This document shows positions 26,303-37,100 of a stretch of 64,000 nt of DNA, piece by piece; within the stretch, counting starts at the first letter, position 1; each line of letters begins with the position of its first letter. Location of the stretch: the NCBI RefSeq assembly GCF_964355755.1, contig NC_092680.1, positions 8,742,001 to 8,806,000 on the forward strand. The letters run 5' to 3'. The notes beneath the pieces are model-generated. The model made no database searches and had not been told where the DNA came from. It saw nothing but the letters and a program-made list of their open reading frames with translations. The stretch is from Antedon mediterranea. Lineage: Eukaryota > Animalia > Echinodermata. Made by a program: the position numbers and the translations under genes.

Positions 26303-26612
26303 TGTAGTATCGACCCCAGGGGGTGGGCAATAAATGAATGGCCTGAACCTACCAACCGTCTGCGGGCGCCTGGATCCAGTACAAGTGACGTAGACGTCTG
26401 GGCGCCGACATGCGCCAACGGTTGGGGCAGACCAGAAATCGGGGCAGTTAGCCACGGGGTTTGCCGTGGTTAAGGAGAATACGGCTATTGGCAGTATTAT
26501 ATTGAGTATATATATTGGATTACTATATCACATTGGATTTGCCCCAAGCGGGAAGAAGTTCCCAGATAGGTAAGTCGATTTAGTCACTTTCATAAACGGG
26601 GTGAATACAATA
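26303..26612 (+). repeat. 3' LTR (310 bp)
   Basis: Near-identical copy of 20458-20772, preceded by a polypurine tract. Confidence 0.95.
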
Positions 26613-27922
26613 GAACGACCAAATTCATAAAACTCCAAAAAGGACAAAATATGGCGTGATCATTTCATTTCTATTCTATCTAGAAATAACTGTACTGCTG
26701 TACTTTGAAAAAAGATATATCGGCCTCTATCAGTCACGCAATGGGTTAAATAAAATACATTTGTTGCCGTTTGTATAGATTTAAAGTTATATTATTTTAC
26801 CCTCTGAATATTTTGGTCAAAATAAATATTTATTAAATGTTTTTTTTATTTACAGGTCCCGAAAAAGATGCTTTCTTTGTAAAAAGCGTGTGTTGCTTTA
26901 TGAATATAATAAATGTAAACCATACAAATAAAAGTGTTTTTTGCTGGAATATAAAAAAACTTCAGCATCACCTTTAATTTAAAAAAAATGATAGCTTTGT
27001 GATATAGAGGATTTCATTTATAATTTCCAAACAAAATGCCCTAGGATGAAAGGCTCATTAAACATTAGATTGCCTTGGTTTTACACAAATGATATTTGAA
27101 AATGCCGCCAACGATAACCGTGCATGATCTGAAGTGATTTTTTCTTTGTCATTGTAGGGTGCATTTTGTCATCCTCTAGAGGGCTTGATGTAGGCTTATT
27201 ATAAAATTTCAAGTGAGGCTGGCTAGGCATAGTTAGTTGCCATAAAAAGATTTTATATTTTATGGATTGTGTTAAATTTAACTTTGTTTATAATAAAATG
27301 TTGTCAATTTCAAAATACAAAATTAACAATATAATTTATATAAGTGACTATCATCCCGTAGTCAACCATGTGTTTAATTTACTATTTTCTATCTCTCTCT
27401 CTCCCTGATAATGCCTTGACAATTGTTAACACAGTAATGGTGCATGGCCCGATTGGAATGAATTTGAAGCACTTTGGCCAAACATGCTGATCTCTCTCCC
27501 AGAGCAAATAATTGACTTTTGGCATAAAATACTTTCTATCTATAGAAAACTTAAATTATGCACAGTTGATCATGCTTATAGCCTCATCATCCATTTGGAA
27601 AACAATCGGTGTAATGGGCCATCCAAGAAAAATAATAAAACTTAAAGAACAATTGATTTGAACATTTTAAAATAACAAATTAAACCATAAAATAAAAAAT
27701 TAAATATCTCATCATATTTACAGTATTGTTTGTACCTGTAGCAGGTTTTTGGCACATTGAAGAGAATTTACATATTGTGCACACAGACAAAACTAGTATT
27801 CCAGATTTGTTATACCTACAAAACAGAATGAAAACAGATTTCCTGTATACTTATTTATCATTGTTAATTTATATTTTGCAGGTAAAAAAAATCACAGACT
27901 GGGTACATCAAAGTTAGTAAAT

Positions 27923-28600
27923 ATGCTACGTCTACCAAATATTTTGCTTAAATGTTTTAACAGGAATCGACATTTAGCAACCAGCAAATTTACAAGGTAT
28001 CATGTAGGACAATTTATTAATATGAATAAAAATGCCACAAGGTGTCAAATGAACATTTGGAGATGCACGTCTTCTCAACATTCTGAACGATTAAATAGAC
28101 TCCAAGAATTACAAGAAAAAGATACAGAAGATTTCAAAGCAATCTACCATCTACCATACATAAAACATCTTCGCTTGTTGTCTAGACTTAAATTGGCTCA
28201 GACCATTTTTGTAGTAGGAATAGTTCCTCCACTGGGAATTATGAATTATATGGATTTAATAACTAATGCACAGTTTCTGTATCCTGCTTTTGCAGCCACC
28301 TTTGCCCTTGCAATGTTGTACTGGATGAGTTTTTATCTAAGAAGAATCATTGGAATCATATACATCAACCAAAACAGGTCAAAGTTGAAAGTTGCCCATT
28401 TAAACTTTTGGGGTCATCGTCAGGAATTTGTAGTTGATGTCAAAGATGTACTTTCGAATTTAGACATAGGAGATTCAAAACAGGTACAGCTGCGCAAGTT
28501 TCAGACATTTAAATCAAAACAATGTCTGTATTATGCATTGAAATATGGGAATGTTTTAGATGAAGAAATATTCTATGAGATATTTGGAAAACCAAAATAA
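27923..28600 (+). CDS. TMEM186: Transmembrane protein 186 (mitochondrial, complex I assembly factor)
   Basis: Motifs LSRLKLAQT, FALAMLYWMSFYLRRIIGIIY and KVAHLNFWG. Basic N-terminal presequence. Single coding exon with an acceptor TTTTGCAG ending at 27881. Confidence 0.93.
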   Translation: MLRLPNILLKCFNRNRHLATSKFTRYHVGQFINMNKNATRCQMNIWRCTSSQHSERLNRLQELQEKDTEDFKAIYHLPYIKHLRLLSRLKLAQTIFVVGIVPPLGIMNYMDLITNAQFLYPAFAATFALAMLYWMSFYLRRIIGIIYINQNRSKLKVAHLNFWGHRQEFVVDVKDVLSNLDIGDSKQVQLRKFQTFKSKQCLYYALKYGNVLDEEIFYEIFGKPK

Positions 28601-30568
28601 AAATTGTTATACTGTATTTGTATTATTTTTGTATATAATTTTTGTTCAAATAAGTACACCATGTACCGAATGAATAATTTATTAACCATCGCTACACTTT
28701 CTTTCTATAAAAAGACAAACCATACTGAACTCAAATTGAATACTGTAATGAAAACCATTGGATATACTGTATAAATAAACACATCGCCTGATAATTTTGT
28801 TGGTTTATTTGTAATAGTAAGAATAGAAATAAAACCTTAAATTTACCCCCATGGGCTTATGTTCAAGAACATAATAAAAAAAAGTGCAAAATACCTTGTT
28901 TCTAAATTTGTACGCAAATAACTAATATGTTTGAGCCAAATGTATTCTTGTATTGCAAACCAGCACACTACTTAAGTAATACTTAATTTAGCTACTTCTC
29001 TTCCAATAACTAATTTGCATAAATAAAACATTATTTGCTAACATATTGGTCCAACAAATTATGCATCTAATTAGAGATGTTGGTCACTAAATATATATAC
29101 ATTTATTGCAGCTAATTTAAACAGAATTATCATTAAAAACATCATCAGCATCAAGCCAATATAATTTTTACTACTTAGTTCCTCGCTGCAATATTAATAT
29201 TTGAGTGGAGTTTTTTTTTGTGATATTTGGCCTACTGTATACTATACTGAATATACATATAATTTTTAGATATTCACCAACAGCCAGCAAGAGACGCAGG
29301 ATGAATAAGGACCTATATAGGGGTGTCCCAAAGGAGGATTTTACTGTACTATACTTACAGTTTTGAAATAGATATGAAAGAAAAGATATAACTCTGATAC
29401 AAAATACACTATAATATAATCAATATACCTATCTATAATAGAATTCATATAAAAACTATAATACTCTTACCTATATCTATTGCATTTTAAAATTATAAAA
29501 ATATGAAGCCTAAGGTAACCAAAAAATATATCAAATAAAAAGAGTAATCGATGAGTTAACATTCACAAATTTAACAATCTGTGAATGAAATATGCACCAC
29601 CATCTATTGCACTTTTAAAGTAGCTACATTAATACTAAATTGGCCTCAATTTAGTTAACTTAGTTCTTTGTGGCTTATATTTATTTATTTATATGCTGTA
29701 CTATTTATATTAATTACAGTACTACAGGAAAGACTATACACTTCAAACAATATCTCTTAATAAAATATTTACAATTTCTCTACCTTCTAAGTACACATGA
29801 TTGAAAAATACCTACATAACTGGGAAATTTAAATTTCCCATTTTGTTTTAAACAAGTACAGTGTAGGAATGATTGTATTAGGAAATGGCTGTACGGTAAA
29901 TGAACATTTTAAGCATACTAGAAGATCCAGATTTGGTCCGATTTATATATACACATTTTCAATAATAATAATTTAAATGTACAATTTTCACAAACTTTAT
30001 ACAGAACATTCTCTTACCAGACATTTTACTACATGTATATCATATAATATACAAATAATTAACATTTATGACTTGAATGGAGAGAATATTTCCATGAGTT
30101 GACAGTACAAATACAAACAGTTGTTAGTTATATAGAGCAAATCAGGCAAAGAACATTAATTATTATTATTATTATTATTATTATTCACCAGCCTACCATG
30201 TCAAACAACAAGCTAAGCATTCAATAGTACTTTCAAACATTTTTTTAAAGGCATGGCTGGCATGTAATATGAAATTAACCAATCATATCGCAGGGATACA
30301 TTTATATTATACATCATAACAGACCATTCTGTATTCACGTTTGTTACACTTTCACATATTGCAGGTAGATATTTGATATAACAATACACATCTATATGAT
30401 CATAATAAAAAATACTTTAGTAATAAAAAATGTCACTAATATCAGCAAAATTGGTCATAATTGTTTAAAAAAGTCTTATAGCACCCTCTAGAATCTTAAT
30501 TTTTTAATTCAACTACCAAAATACCAACATCACTCCACATTGATTGTAAAATGTACTCCAAAAATAAA

Positions 30569-31075
30569 GATTGATTGTAGAATACACTCAACAATACAGA
30601 CTGATTGTAGAATGTCAGAATGCACTTCGGATATACAGATTGATTGCAGAATCCACTCCACAGATATACAGATTGATTGCAGAATCCACTCTACAGATAT
30701 ACAGATTGATTGCAGAAGCATTCCACAGATATACAGATGATTGATTGCAGAATACACTACACAGATATACAGATTGATTGCAGAATCCACTCCACAGATA
30801 TACAGATTGATTGCAGAAGCATTCCACAGATATACAGATTGATTGCAGAATCCACTCCACAGATATACAGATTGATTGCAGAATACACTCCACAGATACA
30901 CAGATTGATTGCAGAATACACTCCACAGGTATACAGGTTGATTGCAGATAACTTCAGATATATAGATTGATTATAGAATACACTTCACAGTTACAGATTG
31001 ATTGCAGATGACTTCACAGATAATACATATTGAATGCAGAATACAGCATCACTCCACAGATATACTGATTGCTCA
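30569..31075. repeat. ~33-bp minisatellite in the presumed 3' UTR of the R9AP-like gene
   Basis: Unit GATTGATTGCAGAATCCACTCCACAGATATACA with a slightly shorter variant. ~15 copies, decaying at both edges. Confidence 0.95.
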
Positions 31076-31108
31076 CTCCAGAGAGATTGTACAACATAAA
31101 ATAGTCTA

Positions 31109-34100
31109 TTACTTTCTCTCAGCATCATCATTTTCAGCAACTATCAATACAACACATACCATAATGACAGCAATAAACAAAGTAAATGACATCATTGCTA
31201 TCGTCATTTGGCAAAGACAACGGTTATTTCTTGGCACACGTAAATCTGCAACCTAAAAATAGAATTTGATAATATATTTAACGTTTTTGTTAATACATTC
31301 CATGCTTTGGGGATTGCCTGGCATATTTATTGTTTACTATAGATGCCAATGCTTGATATTTTTTAATAGCACCCTCTATGTTTGGATGTAACAATATAGC
31401 ACCTTCTATGGCTTGGCCATGCTTTATAACTTCTAAAGTTACTAAAATTGTGAAAACCCAATCTTATCCATTACACAATTAATTTTTTTATCAATAAATT
31501 ATGGAGAATCAGACCAACAAAATAAAACAATTCTCATATTTTAAATTATCCTTTGTTCCAAAATGAAATACACACTTTTTGTTGCAATATTTTGTATATT
31601 TTATAGTGATTTAAATATTTTTCTAATATTAAATTTAAATGTGAGTAATGTATGTCTAAAATAAAACATATCAGAGAAAGAAGTGATGAAACCAAGCTTA
31701 CGGAATCATTAGGCGTTGACGTGCCTTCACTTATGGTACTTTGTGACTTGTTTACTATTTTACTGTCAGACACCGGGTCAATCATCCATGGCTTTACATC
31801 CACTTTCCGTTGCATCTCACCTCGCATTTCACGCAAATCATGAATTTCTCTGCAAAATATGAATAAAGGGTTGCAGTTTAACAACAAAAAAGCATGGCCT
31901 CTCTTTGGCTTGTATGACATTTTGAAACTGAGGAGTGTAAAACTGAGAATGGATTTACAATATAAATCTTGAAATGTATTTCAGTATCATGTTTATTGAA
32001 CAGAAAGAATCTTGCCAATTAGAGGAGGAATAAAACTATAGTTTATCCCACTGATGCTTAGAGATTGCAGCCAAAATTGTTGTTAGTTACAACCCTGGCA
32101 CTAGGTCAGGATTGAACCCTGGCACTAGGTCAGGATTGAACCCTGGCACTAGGTCAGGATTGAACCCTGGCACTAGGTTTAGGATTGAACCCTAGCACTA
32201 GGTCAGGATTGAATCCTAGAACTAGGTCAGGATTGAACCCTAGCACTAGGTCAGGATTGAACCCTAGCACTAGGTCAGGATTGAACCTTAGCACTAGGTC
32301 GTGATTGAACCTTAGCACTAGGTCAGGATTGAACCCTAGCACTAGGTCAGGATTGAACCCTAGCACTAGGTCAGGATTGAACCTTAGCACTAGGTCGGGA
32401 TTGAACCCTGGCAGGATTGAACCCTGGATGTTGGGATGGAAGGAAAATATTAAAAATGTTAAAATGTTAACCAAGAACCTATACAGCTCCACTACCAACA
32501 TCAATTTACTAGAATGAGTGATAAACACCTGGTGCTAGAACTTTGATCTTAACTTAGTATTCATCTTTACTCTAATTTATAATCATTAATAATCTATGTA
32601 GCAGCGTGGTAATGATGATGCCTGTAATTATTAGTTAATGCTTGTGGTCATTAAGGAGACGGCTGTTATACAATTTGCCATTCTCATTTATTGTTACTGT
32701 TTAATAATTTCCTAAATGATTATCAACATCATGGGTGTTAAGTAGTGATGATCAAAGTCTATCTATAAACCTCTAATATATATATATATGAACCTAGGTT
32801 TGAAAAAGTGGAAAAATTGTAAACTGGAAATACCTACATTTGTTAGAATTTGTTGTATTTGATGTATATGATAAATAAAAAAGTACTGTCTGTTGGGTGG
32901 GTGCTATGAGTCACCTACCAAAAAACTCACTTTTCTAAACTCTTAAGTTCTTTCATTTCAAAGTTCTTCTTGGTGACCATCGGTGAGTCTAAGTTTTCAA
33001 CACTCACAGGAATATTGTCTAAGACAAGTGGTGCTGACAGACCTGTGTTTATTACCAATGAAATTGATGATCCTGTAAAATATCAAATAATAAGTAGTAT
33101 AGTACATCAATTATGGACATAAAGTATTTTCTGTCCAACTGATGAAGACATGATTACTACAATAGTTTTATTTTTTATAATCATTTATACGAAAAAAGAG
33201 TTGATCGTTATAAATAAACATTTTTGCTATACTGCACACATGGGTATAAAATGACTGGAATTGCACTGGGAAGGCTGAGGTTTTAAACTACATTTTAAAA
33301 TTATCTGCCATTAGATATTATAAATTATATAACACCTAAATAAATTCCTGTCATTTGATTGGAAGAATGTGGATCACGTGGCATGCAATAGTACGCACTA
33401 TTCAACAGCGTTAAATAGTACTTTTTGAAACATTTTTGTGTACGAAAAATAAAACTTTTCGTGGATGAAAAAAAATCTGGTATACAAATTACCCTAAATT
33501 TTAGTAATACTGTAATATGGCTCTGTACTGTGAAATACAACAGCGCCACCTGTCGTCTGGTCTTAGTTTCGTTTGTAAACACCACCGCGAGCAGCAGATT
33601 TTTGTGTACGATTTGGACATATATGTACTAATTTCATTCAAAAAGGCATTTAAATTAGCATTAGATTGTTTTTAGGATTTTTATTAATTAATGGGAACAT
33701 CCCTACAAGACGTGGAATTGTTGGAAAAACCATAATTAGCCTAGATGATTCCAATTGTCTGTCGAAGTTTTGCCTTTCAGCCAAGCCTAGGCTAGGCCAT
33801 GATAGTATTAAGCTAGGTCTAGCCTACGCGTTTTAGCCTTGCTAGGCCTAGGATTATTTGGTCGTTTGTTGACATAATTAACACTAAAGTAGGTGTGTTT
33901 ATGAAATCCATATAAATATAACATTTAATATAAAATTATTAAAAATCAAATGTTACTGTTTTTGAATGTGAATGAAATGTAGTATTAGGCCTTGGATAGG
34001 GCTACCTTATTTATTTGATTCAAATGACAGGAATTTATTTAGATGTTATATTATACAAATAATGAATGTTTATGAGTGTAATGGTACAAATAATGGCATG

Positions 34101-37100
34101 AAGTGAATGATGAAAGGTTATATCAACGAGGCAACGCCGAGTTGATATAACCTGTCATCATCACCAAATGCCATTATTTGTACCATTACACAAATATAAA
34201 ACATTCATTATTTGTTTAATATAACATCTAAATAGATTCCTGTCATTTGAATCAAATATAAGGTATTAACTATTATTATTATTATTAATATTAATCATAA
34301 AAATTAAATATTATGGGTTTCTAACTCTAACGCCCGTATTCTTAAACCGGACTTTAGTTGTAGTTTGAAGTTCGACTTGAAAAAGTCGTAGTTCGAGCTA
34401 TTACTTCAAATTCGATTGAAAAACGAAGTAGTCGAAGTTTGCAGTTCGACTTAATGAAGTCAAGCTTTTAGTCGAGTTGCACACGTCTGGGTAACAAAGG
34501 CTATACATTGGCCAACGACAAGAGAGTATTTGAGGAGTAGACGAAATTTTGCGCATTGATATCACTTTCCATTTTCTTACAACACTTTTTACGCATCAGG
34601 ACTATATACATGAAAAGTAATTTTAATCGTTAATTATTAGAACAAGATCAGTATCAATTTAACAGTGAAGTACTTTTGATTAACAACAAACAAAATATTC
34701 AAAATATATTCAGGAACCATGGCGGTACGGTAACTTTTATATTTTCTAGGCCCCCAACAAAGTATGATCGCAACGAACCACGCACTTCATCACGTGACAA
34801 GAAAGCGCTAGGCCCCCTAAACATTCCATCGCGTGGTGAATTTCCGCATCTGCCATTGTCGCTATGGCGTGACGTTGTTCAAGTCGGACTTGCGCGAAGA
34901 AAATAATGTAATTGGTATACGGTTGTAAATAAAGATTATTTTCATTATTATAACTTATACCAATGTATACTTAATTAAGCTAATATAAAAATAGATATTT
35001 CTTTTTTCAATATCTGGCCAATATAACAACTCAATGACTGTTACGTTTTTCATAAACGTCGTTTAAAAACCATTTAGTCGACCATTTAGCCTGCCCCCCT
35101 CCAGGACTAAAAAAATCGATCAAAAGTCGTCTCGATTTAGTCGAGGTTGGCCTGAATTAGTCGGCGATTTAGTTGAAGTTCGGTTTATGAATTAAAATGA
35201 CGTCATTTTAAAAGTTTTAGCTCGAACTACGACTAAAGTCCGGTTTAAGAATACGGGCGTTAAACTCAATTATCATCACTAACCATTCACCATAGGAAAA
35301 GAACGTTCTAACTCCAGTGATTTTCTCATGTGTTTCTCCAAGACTTCAAGACATGCAGAGAAGGTGTGCCATAGTCGGTCATATCCACTTCCTTCTGGCA
35401 TACAAAAATCTAAACGCCTAGTTAAAATATAAATAAATAAAAAACATAAGTATAAAAAAGCACACCAACCAAGAGTAGTGTTGGTAGTGCCACTTACTCG
35501 TATAAACCAACAATATACATTAACAGAAGAGTAGAATATAATATGAAAAGAAAAACTTTGTTGATTACCCCTATCAGATAATAGAATGGTCTGTGAACTG
35601 TGCAAGTGGGAATATCCCAACTCGCCATTCCCAAAACATATACCAAGAGAAATCGAGGGCTGATTTTAAATTGAAAGAACACTGGTGACTGTCTTATTAT
35701 AGTTAAATGTTTGTTAATTACTTTTTTAGTTTTCTTATGCTTGAAACATTCATAGTTTAAATATGTTTCACCTATGTGTCAACAAATTTGTTTTTGTGGA
35801 AAGCAAATGTCATTACAGGATAAATATAAATTGACCTTTTAAGCTTTTAGTTTCATCTTAAATTTGCGTTTTTTACGGTTGAGTATTGTACTGTATGTCA
35901 TTCTTGTATCAATCAAATATATGAAGCCAACAAGTTGTTTAACTATATCAGTTCATAAATCACATTTAATTAAAATTATTGATTGATCGTAAAATCACAA
36001 TAACTAATCATGTCAGCAGACTTGCACAAAATCAAGCACAATATGATAAGTAATTTGATACTTAATATAATTAACATATGAATGGAGGTTTGTACTAATT
36101 AAAAGTACTACACAAGAAACAACTTAAATTATTAAAATATTTAAACAGTATACTCCAAATGTAGTCATTTAAATATTTAAACAGTACGGTATATTCCTAA
36201 TGCAGTCATTTAAATAAAATTATTATTTTTAGCGATTGTATTGATAAAAAAATCTGAATATTGTTCCTATCTTGAAAAAATAATATTTATTTCACGTCTT
36301 AAAGTGTCAGACTTAATTAAGATAACTCAAGGCTGGTTGCTATAGTGATCGGTATACAATTGTAAACAGAATATTTAAAAGATGATGTTTTTTTATAGCA
36401 ATTGTTTGACAACGTCTCTTTATCATCGCCATTAGTTTGTTTGATGTACAGTGCTAGTGTTAGTTTACTGTATTAAAGGTAGTCAGAATTGTATTAATTA
36501 TCTCAGTAATAAATACAGTAATACAATGCAGCGTAATAACATATTCTATATACGCACTTAGTATAAAAATACCCCAATGTAAAAGAAATAATGTTTAAAA
36601 CATATTCTTTTACAATACAGTCAACTCTCCCAATACCAGTCATGGGTTGGTGTATATACAGTTAGTAACACCGCAAAAAGTATGGTATTCAGAATGTATT
36701 TTATATAGTAAAAAAAAAGTCTGCTAAGTTTCCAATAATAGGAGAGTTTGCGAGCAAAAACGCCTTCACCAAGGAGAGGGATGGGTTAAAAATTAAACTC
36801 TATGGTTTATTTACAATTTGTGATAATGGGTTCTAAGATATTTTCATGAATGATTGTGAAATCAAAACAGTATGACCAACTAGCGATGAATTGCCTACTT
36901 TTGAGTAAGGAGCAAAGGTCAACGACTCTTACCTTTGCATATGTGGCATCAGTTCCTCTTTACTCTTTTGAGCTAACTCACTCGCTTTCCGTCTTGTCTT
37001 TTTTAACTCATCTCTAAGGAATTCTGAATCACTTGATCCTCCAAGACCAACCACTAAATTTCTATATCTTGCTGTTTCTGAATTAAATTCTTTTAGTAGC

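Larger units (their letters stand above)
20458..26612 (+). mobile_element. Ty3/Gypsy LTR retrotransposon, defective (integrase deleted)
   Basis: Two LTRs, TSD GAAC (20454-20457 and 26613-26616), PBS, gag-PR-RT-RNaseH in Gypsy order, purine tract GGGGGAG at 26296-26302. Confidence 0.97.

Noticed and set aside
30530-30970. Overlapping repetitive ORFs on both strands (also 32154-32528)
   Set aside because: By-products of 33- and 24-bp minisatellites whose unit lengths are multiples of three.
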